From positions 1-64,000 of the forward strand of contig JBGSVZ010000036.1 of assembly GCA_041752695.1 (NCBI GenBank): a DNA stretch of 64,000 nt. The letters run 5' to 3'. The notes under the pieces were generated by a model. That model did no database searches and was not told where the DNA came from. It saw only the letters and a list, made by a program, of their open reading frames with translations. The position numbers and the translations under genes are program-made. Source of the DNA: Terrimicrobiaceae bacterium. Its GTDB lineage: Bacteria > Verrucomicrobiota > Verrucomicrobiia > Chthoniobacterales > Terrimicrobiaceae. This document shows, piece after piece, positions 1 through 9,990 of this stretch (position 1 is the first letter of the stretch; each line of letters opens with the position of its first letter).

Positions 1-1
1 C

Positions 2-532
2 GGCGACACCGGCAGCGGGCGCGAGCTTTTTTTGCTCGCGCGGGATCATCATCGGTTCCGGATCGAGGACTACCTCGCACCACTCGGACTCGAGTTTATT
101 GTCGATGACGACGCGCTGCTTTTGCAGGCCCGTCCGCGCACCGAGGCGTGCCAGTTGCTCGGCACCTTCAGTAAGGACGAAACCCTCATTCTTCTCACTC
201 TGTGGCGGGTCTGGGACGAGGCGCAAACCTCCGGCAACAATGCCGCCGTGTTGCTCCGGCTGGACGACCTGTGGGAAAAACTGCGCGTCTTTTTCGACCG
301 CATCGAGCCTCCCGAAAAATCGCAGATCGAATCTGCGCTCACCCGATTGAAACGCCACCGCCTCGTCCGCACGCAAAAGCCCGACACCATGGAACACGTA
401 GGAGATCTCCTCATCGAGATCCTGCCCTCGCTGGCCCGCGCCATTCCGTTTGATTCCATCGAACAATGGCAGGAACGCGTGGAGATGGCTTCGCCGAAAC
501 CTGAACCCACCGAGCCGGCACCTGTCGCCTGA
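2..532 (+). CDS. jetB: Wadjet JetB-like (MksE/DUF4194-type) protein, 5' partial
   Basis: Frame is open from the window edge; helical winged-helix-like protein directly upstream of an SMC ATPase and a Toprim nuclease. Confidence 0.7.
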   Translation, partial: GDTGSGRELFLLARDHHRFRIEDYLAPLGLEFIVDDDALLLQARPRTEACQLLGTFSKDETLILLTLWRVWDEAQTSGNNAAVLLRLDDLWEKLRVFFDRIEPPEKSQIESALTRLKRHRLVRTQKPDTMEHVGDLLIEILPSLARAIPFDSIEQWQERVEMASPKPEPTEPAPVA

Positions 533-541
533 TTTTTCGCC

Positions 542-3500
542 GTGACCCGCCGCATTACTCTCAGCCGCATCGTTGCCGTCAATTGGTATGGCTACCGTCA
601 GTTTATTGACGTTCGCGGGCTCTCGCTCATCACCGGGGCAAATGGCTCGGGCAAAAGTGCGCTGCTCGATCTGATTCAGTTTGTCATGCTGGGCGAGCAG
701 CTCAGCCGCTTCAACAAAGCCGCCGCGGGCGCGGGCAGCGGACGCACCCTGAGAGGGTATTGCCTGTGCGACACCAACACGCTGGGCCGGGACGGACAGG
801 AGCGTTTTCTTCGCCCCAGCGGCGTGACGATCGCCGCGCTGGAGTTTGAGTTTCCGGTGGAATCCGGGGAAACCGAACCCCGTCGGCAGACTTGGGGCGC
901 GCGCATCGAATTCGACAGTCCGACTTCCAAAGGCCGCACCCTCTGGTTCACCGTGCCAGGGAGGCTGGAGCGGTCGGATTTTCTCCGCGACAACCCGCTC
1001 CTCGGTGGCGAGGAATTTCTGGCCGAGGATGAGTTCCGCGTGCACACCAAACGCGATCTCACCGGCGAAACCTGGGAGCATCAGCGAACCTACCTCGAGG
1101 AGATGAAACAGCGCACCGCTCTCCATTTCGACCGCGAGCAGATGAACAAAACGCTACCAAAGGCGATGGCGTTTCAGCCAGAAAGCAACTTCGAAGCCTT
1201 CATTCGCGACTACCTCCTGGAAGCCGCCATGCCCGACGTGCGCGCCGTCAAGGCCAGCGTTGACGCCCACCGGCGCGCCAAGGAACGGCTGGAAAAGATG
1301 CACGATCAGTTCACCCGGTTGACGCGCATCGGCGAGCTCCACACCGTGGCCGCCACCCACCGCCGCGAGGCCGCTCTCTGGAGCCATCTGCGCGATGCCC
1401 TGCTCCACGAAGAGAGCTTGGAAAAAGTCGAGGCCGGACAGAAGAAACTGCGCGCCCTGGTCGAGGAGAATGAAACCGGCCTCCGTGCCCGCGTGGAAGC
1501 CATTCGTGAGCGTGACCGCCTGCGCGAGCAACTCGACGAAACGCGCCTGGTCGTCGGACAGGATTCCCAGTTTGCCCGCCTCAACGAAGACAAGGAAAAG
1601 CTCGCCCGCCTTGAGCGCGAACTCCACACCCTGCGCGAATCGCGCCGGGCGGCGTCGGAGTTTGTCCGCGAGCATGTCACCGCCTGGCGCGACTGGCTCC
1701 GCCTCGGCGAACGCCTCGGCCTTGAGTCGCTGGAAGAGGCCCTGGCCATCTTCGAAAAATTCCGCGAGGCCAACGAAACCGAAGCCCTGGCCGGACTCGG
1801 CACCCTCTCGCGCACCGGCGACCGCCTGCTCGCCGAAGCGAAAGCCCGCCTGACCAAACTGGACGGCGAAATCCGCCGCCTCGAACACCGCGACGCCGAA
1901 CTCGACCGCGACCTGAAAAACTATGCCCAGGATCGGGCCACCACCGCTCCCCTGCTCGACGCGATCCGTGCCGCGGGTTTGAAGGCGGAGGTCTTTGGCC
2001 GCGCCATCGACGTGAAACCGACCGCCGAGGCGTGGTGGCCGCTGCTCGAAACGCTGCTCGCTTCGGAACGTCAGGCCATCCTGCCGGAGAATTTCGCCGC
2101 GGCCTGGGAAATCGCCCAGCGCACGCCGAGTTCGGACGAACCGCTCATTAATCCCGAGGAACTGAAAAAGAAATCCCTCAAGCCGAAGCCCGGCAGCGTG
2201 CGCGATTTTTTTGCGGTGAAAAACAAAACCGCCGCCGCCTACCTCGACCAATTGGTCGGCACCTTGATGCCGGTCGAACACCCGTCGTTCATGGACGAAC
2301 ACGAACGCGCGCTCTCCCGCGACGGCTGGCTCAAGGATCCTCCACGCCGCGCATTTCTGGCCCCCGCCAAAGAACTCACGCTCGGTGAGGAGGGGCTGCG
2401 CCGTCTGCGCGAGATCCGCCAGAACGAACTGCATGGCATTCGCGAGGAAATCAAAATCGCCCGCCGCGAGCAAAACGACTGGCGCACCTGGGTGGACCGC
2501 TCCGAGCAACGCCACCTTGTCGATCCGGTCGTGCCGAATGTCACCACCGCCCTGCATCGCCTGCCCGAAGCCGAAAAAGAATACGGCATCCTCGAAGAGA
2601 CGATCCGGCTGCTGGCCACGCCGGAGCGCGAGAAGGCCGTCAACGAATGGCAGAAGCTGGTCAGCGACGAACGCGGCGCGTCCGAGCGGGCGGTCCGACT
2701 GGACGAACGGCTCAAGCGGGTGGACCAGGATATCATTGAACTGCGCGACCGGATTTCCTCCGACCAGAACGAGGAACACGAGCGCAAGCTGGAACGCCAC
2801 ACCAGCCGCGCCCGCCTCACCGGCGTGTTGGAAGGGGAACTCTCCGAACGCCTCACCGCCGCCAAACGCCAGTATTCTTCCTGGACGAAACGCACCGAGG
2901 CGGCGCTCACCATTGCCAGCCAGGAACAATCCCGCGCCGCCGAGGCCCTGCGCAAACGCGATGAAGCGCGTCAGTTATTTCTCCTCGCCCACCCGGAGAT
3001 GGCGGATGTCTTTGATCCGCTCGACGAAGACAATGAACGCTACGACGAACGCTGTCGCGAACTCGGCGAGCAGGAGTTGGAGCGATTCCAGGCCGAGGCC
3101 GAACGCGCCCGGCAGGAATGGGAGGACCGCCTCCAGCATCAGGTGCTCGACATTCTCCGCGACAAACTCAACGAAGCCGAGCGCACCAAACGCGAACTCA
3201 ACAAGGCCATGCTGCACGACATCGGCGGCATTTGCTATCAGATCACCAGCCACAAGGACCGCGCCCACAGCGCCATCTGGGCTCTGGTGGAAAAGGGCCT
3301 GCCCACCGGCGAGGACATGGGACTTTTTAACGCCGCCCAGCAGGACGAAATCGAGCGCGCCAAGGAGGAGCTCATGGCCGCCATCGAATCGGTCGATGAT
3401 CCCGACAATAAGAAGGGCCAGCGCGCGCTCGACTACCGGTTTTATCATCGTTGGGACATCGAGGCCCGGCCCTCCGGCAGAGGCGACGAGGCGGCGATCT

Positions 3501-3883
3501 CTCTCAACAAGAGTGCCAAAAAACAAAGCGGCGGGGAAAATCAGGCGCCGTTTTTTGTCGCCACCCTGGCCGCCTTTCACCGCGTCTATGATGTTGGCGG
3601 CAAAGGCGGCCTGCCCACCCTTGGTCTCGTGGTGATGGACGAGGCCTTCAGCAAACTTTCCGGCGACCGCATCGACGACTGTCTCGCCCTCGCCCGAAAT
3701 TTCGGCCTGCAACTCGTGATGGCCTTCCCTGAAGACCGCCTACCCACCATGATCGAACACGCCGAGACCGTCGTGCAATGCCGCGTCGAACGGGGTTACC
3801 ACGAAAAAACCGGCGCGGTGAACCACATCGAAAACTGGGTCGTACGGGTGGATCGCGAACGCTTGCGCGAAGTGCTGGGGTGA
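542..3883 (+). CDS. jetC: Wadjet JetC SMC-family ATPase (MksB-like)
   Basis: Walker A GANGSGKS near the N-terminus, long coiled coil, signature SGGE, Walker B LVVMDEAF; 1113 aa. Confidence 0.85.
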   Translation: MTRRITLSRIVAVNWYGYRQFIDVRGLSLITGANGSGKSALLDLIQFVMLGEQLSRFNKAAAGAGSGRTLRGYCLCDTNTLGRDGQERFLRPSGVTIAALEFEFPVESGETEPRRQTWGARIEFDSPTSKGRTLWFTVPGRLERSDFLRDNPLLGGEEFLAEDEFRVHTKRDLTGETWEHQRTYLEEMKQRTALHFDREQMNKTLPKAMAFQPESNFEAFIRDYLLEAAMPDVRAVKASVDAHRRAKERLEKMHDQFTRLTRIGELHTVAATHRREAALWSHLRDALLHEESLEKVEAGQKKLRALVEENETGLRARVEAIRERDRLREQLDETRLVVGQDSQFARLNEDKEKLARLERELHTLRESRRAASEFVREHVTAWRDWLRLGERLGLESLEEALAIFEKFREANETEALAGLGTLSRTGDRLLAEAKARLTKLDGEIRRLEHRDAELDRDLKNYAQDRATTAPLLDAIRAAGLKAEVFGRAIDVKPTAEAWWPLLETLLASERQAILPENFAAAWEIAQRTPSSDEPLINPEELKKKSLKPKPGSVRDFFAVKNKTAAAYLDQLVGTLMPVEHPSFMDEHERALSRDGWLKDPPRRAFLAPAKELTLGEEGLRRLREIRQNELHGIREEIKIARREQNDWRTWVDRSEQRHLVDPVVPNVTTALHRLPEAEKEYGILEETIRLLATPEREKAVNEWQKLVSDERGASERAVRLDERLKRVDQDIIELRDRISSDQNEEHERKLERHTSRARLTGVLEGELSERLTAAKRQYSSWTKRTEAALTIASQEQSRAAEALRKRDEARQLFLLAHPEMADVFDPLDEDNERYDERCRELGEQELERFQAEAERARQEWEDRLQHQVLDILRDKLNEAERTKRELNKAMLHDIGGICYQITSHKDRAHSAIWALVEKGLPTGEDMGLFNAAQQDEIERAKEELMAAIESVDDPDNKKGQRALDYRFYHRWDIEARPSGRGDEAAISLNKSAKKQSGGENQAPFFVATLAAFHRVYDVGGKGGLPTLGLVVMDEAFSKLSGDRIDDCLALARNFGLQLVMAFPEDRLPTMIEHAETVVQCRVERGYHEKTGAVNHIENWVVRVDRERLREVLG

Positions 3884-5106
3884 AAAAGCCAGCTTGGCTG
3901 ATGGAGTTTCACCGCGAGTGGCACAAAGCCCGCGGCACCAGATTGCAATCGGCCAGCCGGGCGTTTTCCCGGGGTTGGGAGGATCTCCTCGATGCCGCCA
4001 ACCTGCGGACCGCGGCGGATCGCAGCCACGCCCTGCGCGAAGCCGAGGCGCACGAGAAGCAAGGACACCTCCGGCTCCGGCGTCACCGCTACCGCAGGCA
4101 TCTTGTGGAGGCGATCGATCTGCCGCCGGCCTCCGAACCATGGCTGATCGGGCTGTTCGAGGGTACGTCGGCTCACGACCTCCGTTGCGAGGCCCTTTCT
4201 TTTGTGACAAAGGTGGAAGCAGAAGGACACCCACGCTGGCCGGAATCCTGGCAAACCCTGTGCCGCCGAATTCATGAAGCCTTCGCCGAAGGTCGTAACC
4301 TCGCCCCCTTCTTTTGGAGAAATCCGACCGAACTCCGCCGGCTCCTGGCCACGCTTCGCGCCCTCACCGTTCGCGAGTGGCCGGTCGGCACGCTGATGCG
4401 CGACGCCAGCACGGCTCTGGGCCTTGCCTCGAAGGAACTCGAAAAAAGGCAGCGGGCCCTGGAGTCCGCTCTCAGCCTCCTCTTTGCCGAAGATTGCACT
4501 CTGGAATCGCTCGGGCTGGCGGGCAGCCAGAGCCGCGTGACCGTCCACGGCCGGCTCTCCCTGCATTTCGCAGACGGCAGCGGGCAACATTTCGAAAACC
4601 TGCGCGGGGAATTTTCGATTTCCCTCCCCGACCTGCAACGCGCTGTCGTTGCCCGCACAAGCGCCGACCGCATTCTCACCATCGAAAACGTCAAGACCAC
4701 CTTCCGTCAGACCGCGGCAGCGAATCTGCCCGGGGACACCCTGCTCGTGGCCACATCGTATCCGAACGCTGCCACCCGTCGCCTGCTGGAGCTTCTCCCC
4801 GCGGATCTGCCGCACCATCACTTCGGCGATACGGACGCTTCCGGCTACGCCATCCTGCGGTCGTTGCGCGGGATCGGCCGGAGGCAGGTTGCGCGATTTC
4901 AGATGGACTGGCGGGATGAAGAAAATTCCGCCCCGCTGAGCGAACACGACAAGCGACTGTTGCCGTCCTTGCAGCATTCTCCTGAATTGGCGGATTGCCG
5001 ACCCTCCTTGCACGCCATGGAAGCCGCCGGACGCAAAGGCCGGTTTGAGCAGGAGGCTCTGGGCCCGCCGACCCTGCCACGCTGGCCGTTCTGGACGGGC
5101 GCTTGA
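3880..5106 (+). CDS. jetD: Wadjet JetD Toprim-domain nuclease
   Basis: GTG start overlaps the jetC stop (GTGA); Toprim motifs LTIEN and HFGDTDASG. Confidence 0.8.
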   Translation: MKKPAWLMEFHREWHKARGTRLQSASRAFSRGWEDLLDAANLRTAADRSHALREAEAHEKQGHLRLRRHRYRRHLVEAIDLPPASEPWLIGLFEGTSAHDLRCEALSFVTKVEAEGHPRWPESWQTLCRRIHEAFAEGRNLAPFFWRNPTELRRLLATLRALTVREWPVGTLMRDASTALGLASKELEKRQRALESALSLLFAEDCTLESLGLAGSQSRVTVHGRLSLHFADGSGQHFENLRGEFSISLPDLQRAVVARTSADRILTIENVKTTFRQTAAANLPGDTLLVATSYPNAATRRLLELLPADLPHHHFGDTDASGYAILRSLRGIGRRQVARFQMDWRDEENSAPLSEHDKRLLPSLQHSPELADCRPSLHAMEAAGRKGRFEQEALGPPTLPRWPFWTGA

Positions 5107-5110
5107 TCTT

Positions 5111-6268
5111 TTAGGAGAGCCCTTTCCGCAGACGGGTGAGGATCCCCAGCACCGCTTCGCGGATTTTGAAAAGTTCCGCCCGATCGTGCTCCAGACGCTC
5201 ACGGGGAAAAACGGCATGACCATCGAGCGCGGCCGCGGCGGCGAGGGCCTGGTTGTGAATGTCCATGTCCCGCTTGAGCCAGGCAATGAGGAGGGCGGAA
5301 TCGTGCAGGTCGCCTCGGACGAGAAAATTCAGGTGAGCGCGAAGTTTGACGCTGAAAATCATCACCTGACTGACAAACTCGCCCACCGCTTCGTCCGACT
5401 CCATCAAACCCAACGCCTCCACTTTGCGCTGCAAATCGTAGAATAACTCCCGCGCGTGTTTGGCCACGGGATGGATCAACCCCTCGTCGTCATCCAGTAC
5501 CCAATCGATGCCCTCGAGGGCCGGGTCGGGCTCGGGTTCTGCAAAAGCGTCCTCGTCAAATTCCTCCTCCTCCTCGCCTCCTTCATCCCCGGCAGCCTCT
5601 TCAGCGTCGAGGGCTTCTTCGATCCACGTCCAGCCCATCTCGCGGGCGATAAGCCGTTCACTGTCCGGGTGATGGCCATATTTTTCCAGGAGGCGGCGAT
5701 AGCGGTCGCCCGTGGCATCGCTTTCCCGCAGGAATTGTTCGGCCCGGAATTCATCCCAATTTTCGCCCTCCCCAAATCCCTCATCCAGGCCTTCGGCGGG
5801 TTCGGCGGCCCGACGGGCGCGTTCGGCCAGTTCGTCCGCGGTGAAGCGCCAGGCGGGCTCGGAAATTTCCAACCGATAGTCGGCGCTCTCGATCACCACG
5901 CGGCCGTTGAACTTGCTATACCATTCGAGATACAGGCTGTTTGCCATGTGCTCAGGGGGTTTTCCGCCTGCTTTGATCATGGCGTACGCGTCCTCGAACG
6001 GGATGTCGTACACCCGGATCTTGCGGGCAGCGGTGATGTCCCCGGCCTCCCCGCGCTGGCTTCGGGCGGGCGGTGCCGTCGTGAAGGCAAGCGGGGCGGG
6101 GTTGGCAAAAACCAGCCGACAGCCCGCCAGATCGGGATGGCAATTGCCACTCAAATCAAGTTCCAGGGGATCCGCCACCCCGCAGATCCAGATCCGTCCG
6201 GTGACACGCCCCCGGGTGCGGTTGTCGATCTCTCCACGGAGAACATGTTCATGAAGCCGCCAGGCCAT
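5111..6268 (-). CDS. Hypothetical acidic protein
   Basis: Long ORF with protein-like composition (MAWRLHEHVLRGEIDNR...) and an E/D-rich linker; no family recognised. Confidence 0.7.
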   Translation of the reverse strand: MAWRLHEHVLRGEIDNRTRGRVTGRIWICGVADPLELDLSGNCHPDLAGCRLVFANPAPLAFTTAPPARSQRGEAGDITAARKIRVYDIPFEDAYAMIKAGGKPPEHMANSLYLEWYSKFNGRVVIESADYRLEISEPAWRFTADELAERARRAAEPAEGLDEGFGEGENWDEFRAEQFLRESDATGDRYRRLLEKYGHHPDSERLIAREMGWTWIEEALDAEEAAGDEGGEEEEEFDEDAFAEPEPDPALEGIDWVLDDDEGLIHPVAKHARELFYDLQRKVEALGLMESDEAVGEFVSQVMIFSVKLRAHLNFLVRGDLHDSALLIAWLKRDMDIHNQALAAAAALDGHAVFPRERLEHDRAELFKIREAVLGILTRLRKGLS

Positions 6269-6351
6269 GGCCAAACTGTAGGGGAATCCTCCCGGATGAA
6301 AAACACGATTTCTCAGTGTTCATCCGGCCTCCCGCCGGGTTAAATTTTCTC

Positions 6352-7404
6352 ATGAACTCTTCCCAGGATGTTGAAAGAAACATCGAATTTGAATTTGTCC
6401 GTGCCACGGAAAACGCCGCTCTGAACAGTATCCACTGGCTCGGGCGGGGCAACAAGGAGGCGGCCGACGAAGCCGCCTGCGACGCGATCAATGGCGTGTT
6501 TGATCTGGTCGATATCCGCGGCGAGGTCGTGATTGGTGAGGGAATCAAGGACAACGCGCCCGGCATTTTCCTGGGGGACAAACTCGGCAACTGGGCCGAG
6601 GGCACTCCGCGTTTTGACATCGCCCTCGACCCGATCGACGGCACCAGCAACATCGCCAAGGGGCTCCCGAACTCCATCTCGGTGATGGCCGCGGCCCATG
6701 TCCCGAACGGCAATTCCCATGGGATGGTGAATATCCCCAGTTTTTATTGTGAAAAGCTGGCCTACGGCCCGGCCGTGCAGGAAGCCATCGCCGCCACCCG
6801 TATCCCGCCCCTCTCGCTCCACATGAACTTTGGCGAAGTCATGACCTACGCCGCCGCCGCTCTGAAAAAACGCATCAGCGACCTTGTCGTTGTCATGCTC
6901 GACCGTCCCCGCAACCAGAAATTCCTCGAGATTGTCCGGCAGCAGAATGCCGCCCTGCGATTGATCTCGGACGGTGACATTGCCGCCGCGGTCGCCCCCG
7001 CTCTGCCGGACTCCGGCGTCGATCTTTATGTCGGCATCGGAGGGGCACCCGAGGGCATCCTCACTGCCGCCGCGCTCAAGGCCCTCGGAGGGGAACTGCA
7101 CCTGCGCATGTGGCCCCGCGACGACGCCGAACGCGCCGAGCTTCTCCAAACCGTGAGTGCAGCCGACCTCGACCGCCACTATTCCACCGATGAACTCGTC
7201 CTGGGCGAAAGCGCGATTTTCTGCGCGACCGGAATCAGCGACAGCCCGCTCCTTCCGGGTGTCAAACTGGTTGGTAACACCGCCATCACCCACTCCATCC
7301 TCATGCGCGCGCGCAGCCAGACCGTCCGTTACATCCGGGCGGTTCACAACCTGAGCTCAAAAACCATCCACCTGCGCAGCACCAAGCGCGAGGCCGCCGT
7401 CTAG
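6352..7404 (+). CDS. glpX: Class II fructose-1,6-bisphosphatase
   Basis: Motifs VVIGEG, DIALDPIDGT, LDRPR, DGDI, GIGGAPEG, FCATGI. Confidence 0.93.
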   Translation: MNSSQDVERNIEFEFVRATENAALNSIHWLGRGNKEAADEAACDAINGVFDLVDIRGEVVIGEGIKDNAPGIFLGDKLGNWAEGTPRFDIALDPIDGTSNIAKGLPNSISVMAAAHVPNGNSHGMVNIPSFYCEKLAYGPAVQEAIAATRIPPLSLHMNFGEVMTYAAAALKKRISDLVVVMLDRPRNQKFLEIVRQQNAALRLISDGDIAAAVAPALPDSGVDLYVGIGGAPEGILTAAALKALGGELHLRMWPRDDAERAELLQTVSAADLDRHYSTDELVLGESAIFCATGISDSPLLPGVKLVGNTAITHSILMRARSQTVRYIRAVHNLSSKTIHLRSTKREAAV

Positions 7405-7466
7405 CCTCGCCCCCCCCCGCGACTCCCGCGCCCGCGGCGGAATTCCCGCCAACTTTCGCCCATTTT

Positions 7467-7504
7467 TTTACAATAGATGTCCCAGGTGGGACATTTATTG
7501 TAAA
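7467..7504. repeat. 38-bp near-perfect palindrome
   Basis: TTTACAATAgATGTCCCA-GG-TGGGACATtTATTGTAAA; 18-bp arms with one mismatch, intergenic. Confidence 0.85.
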
Positions 7505-7624
7505 CGCGGGAGAGGGGTTGTTCGGTGAGATTCTTGCGAGCGGCGCTTGCGGGGCGGTGTGGATTGGAGCGGGGTTTCGGGGTTTTTCCTGTGATCCGTT
7601 TTTCGGCTGTGGTATTTTGTCGGG

Positions 7625-8080
7625 ATGAAGACGCTCCTCGTTCCCCTGGATTTCAGCGGCAACACGGACAAGGTTCTGGCGCATGCCGCGGACCTGGCCC
7701 GTTCTCTGGAGGCTCGTATTGTTTTGGTCCACATCGTTGAACCGGTGGCCACCTATGTCCCAGTGGGTGCCTCCATGGATGTGATTGCGGCCGCCCCAGT
7801 GCAACCAGCCGAGATGCAGGATTTGTCCGGGGATGAAGCCCGGTTACGCGCCGCGGCTGAACCGCTCTCTGCCGCGGGGATTCCGGTTGAATGTGTGGCA
7901 GTGATTGGGCTGGCGGTGGACGATATCCTGGAGCAAGCCGCCAGGTTTGACGCCACGTACATTGTGCTGGGTTCGCACGGTCATGGCGCGCTGTACCATC
8001 TTTTCTCCGGCAGCGTGGTCAACGGCATCCTGAAACGCGCGACTTCTCCAGTGATCGTGGTACCGGGCCGGAAGAAATAG
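7625..8080 (+). CDS. Universal stress protein (Usp family)
   Basis: MKTLLVPLDFS N-terminus; IVLGSHGHG...GSV...ILK...PVIVVP C-terminus. Confidence 0.92.
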   Translation: MKTLLVPLDFSGNTDKVLAHAADLARSLEARIVLVHIVEPVATYVPVGASMDVIAAAPVQPAEMQDLSGDEARLRAAAEPLSAAGIPVECVAVIGLAVDDILEQAARFDATYIVLGSHGHGALYHLFSGSVVNGILKRATSPVIVVPGRKK

Positions 8081-8086
8081 GCCGAC

Positions 8087-9934
8087 CTACTCGACGGTGA
8101 CGCTTTTCGCCAGGTTGCGGGGTTTGTCCACATCGCAGCCAAGTTCGACCGAGATGTAATAGGCGAGAAGTTGCAGCGGGATGGAAGCGAGGATGGGGGT
8201 GAGGTATTCCGGCGATTTCGGGATGAGGATCACGTCGTCGGCGACTTTCGCGAGCGAGGTATTGCCTTCGGTCCCAACGGCGATGACCGGACCCTTGCGG
8301 GCTTTGACTTCCTGGATGTTGCTGAAGTTTTTCTCGAAGACGGCGTCGTCGGGCGCGATGAAAAGAGACGGTGTTTCTTCGTTCACCAGGGCGATCACGC
8401 CATGTTTCAGTTCCGCGCTGGGGTAGCCGGAGGCGGAGATGTAGCTGATTTCCTTGAGTTTGAGGGCACCCTCCAACGCAATGGGGTAATTCGCCTGGCG
8501 GCCCATGAAGAGGAAGTTTTTGGCGTGCGCGTATTTTTTGGCAATGCCCGCAATGTGGGGCTCGAGTTCGATGGTTTTTGCCACGAGATCCGGCAGGGCT
8601 TCGAGATTTTTCAGAATGTCGAGGCCCTCGGCGTAAGAGAGATAGTGGATGCGCCCGAGCAGGAGGCCCAGGAGCGTCATGATCGTCAGTTGCGAAGTGA
8701 AGGATTTCGTCGCGGCGACGCCGATTTCCGGGCCGGCATGCATGTAGACGCCGCCATCGCTTTCCCGGGCGATGGTGCTGGCGACGTTGTTGCAAATGCC
8801 CAGGGTGCGGTGGCCCTTCCGCTGGCTCTCGCGCAGGGCGGCAAGGGTGTCGGCGGTCTCGCCGCTCTGGCTGATGACAAAGACGAGGGTGTCCTTGGTC
8901 ATCGGCAGGTTCCGGTAGCGCAGTTCGCTGGCGAATTCACATTCCACGGGCAGCCGCGCCATGGACTCGATGAGATACTCCCCCACCATGGCCGCGTGGA
9001 AGGCCGTGCCGCAGCCACTCAGAACGATGCGCTCGACCTCCCGCAGTTGGGCGTTGGTCATGTCCAGTCCGCCGAGTTTGGCCGTGGCTTCCTCGTGCGA
9101 AAGTCGCCCGCGCAGGGCATCGCGCACGGTGTTGGGCTGCTCGTGGATTTCCTTGAGCATGTAGTGCTCGTATTTGCCCTTATCAACATCCTCAGCCGTG
9201 TACTCGACCTTGCTGATCTGGAACGAGGCGTCCGAGCCCGCGAGGGTGGAAATGTCAAAGCCGTCCTCGCGCAGTGCGACGATTTCGTAGTCGTTCAAAT
9301 ACACCGCCTCCCGCGTGTGCGCCACGATCGCGCTCACATCGCTGGCCAGAAAATGTTCGCCCTTGCCGACCCCCAGCACGAGGGGGCTGCCGCGTCGAGC
9401 GCCGACCAGCACGCCGGGAAGCTCGGAGTGGATGACCGCAATGCCATACGTGCCAATGACCTGACGCAGCGCCTCCCGCACGGACTCAACCATGGCGGCC
9501 TGGGTGCGGTCTTTGCGGGAATCGAACGCCGCCCCCACCAAATGCGCAAGGACTTCGGTGTCGGTTTGAGAGTGAAAAACATGGCCCTTTTCCTCCAACT
9601 GCGCGCGCAGGGTGAGGTAGTTTTCGATGACGCCATTATGCACGAGGGCAAGTTTGCCGCTGCGGTCGAAATGCGGGTGGGCATTTTCCCGGGTCACTCC
9701 GCCGTGGGTGGCCCAGCGGGTGTGGCTGATGCCGAGGCGGCCGTGCGGCGGGTCCTCCGAAATGACTTTTGCCAGATCCGCGATGCGTCCCACGGTCTTG
9801 CGCACGGAGATGCCGTCACCATTCAACAACGCCACCCCGGCGGAGTCGTAACCGCGGTATTCGAGCCTCCGCAATCCGTCCAGGAGGACAGGAACCGCCT
9901 CCGCCTTACCGATATAACCGACAATGCCACACAT
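8087..9934 (-). CDS. glmS: Glutamine--fructose-6-phosphate aminotransferase
   Basis: MCGIVG start, LEYRGYDSAG, HTRWATHG, C-terminal PRNLAKSVTVE. Confidence 0.97.
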   Translation of the reverse strand: MCGIVGYIGKAEAVPVLLDGLRRLEYRGYDSAGVALLNGDGISVRKTVGRIADLAKVISEDPPHGRLGISHTRWATHGGVTRENAHPHFDRSGKLALVHNGVIENYLTLRAQLEEKGHVFHSQTDTEVLAHLVGAAFDSRKDRTQAAMVESVREALRQVIGTYGIAVIHSELPGVLVGARRGSPLVLGVGKGEHFLASDVSAIVAHTREAVYLNDYEIVALREDGFDISTLAGSDASFQISKVEYTAEDVDKGKYEHYMLKEIHEQPNTVRDALRGRLSHEEATAKLGGLDMTNAQLREVERIVLSGCGTAFHAAMVGEYLIESMARLPVECEFASELRYRNLPMTKDTLVFVISQSGETADTLAALRESQRKGHRTLGICNNVASTIARESDGGVYMHAGPEIGVAATKSFTSQLTIMTLLGLLLGRIHYLSYAEGLDILKNLEALPDLVAKTIELEPHIAGIAKKYAHAKNFLFMGRQANYPIALEGALKLKEISYISASGYPSAELKHGVIALVNEETPSLFIAPDDAVFEKNFSNIQEVKARKGPVIAVGTEGNTSLAKVADDVILIPKSPEYLTPILASIPLQLLAYYISVELGCDVDKPRNLAKSVTVE

Positions 9935-9990
9935 GGATTTTTGAATCGTGACAACTGCCGGGAGGGGCGGCAAGATACAAATCCCGCCCG

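Noticed and set aside
9935..9990. glmS ribozyme
   Set aside because: Only 56 bp separate the divergent glmS and glgC starts, and no recognisable motif is present
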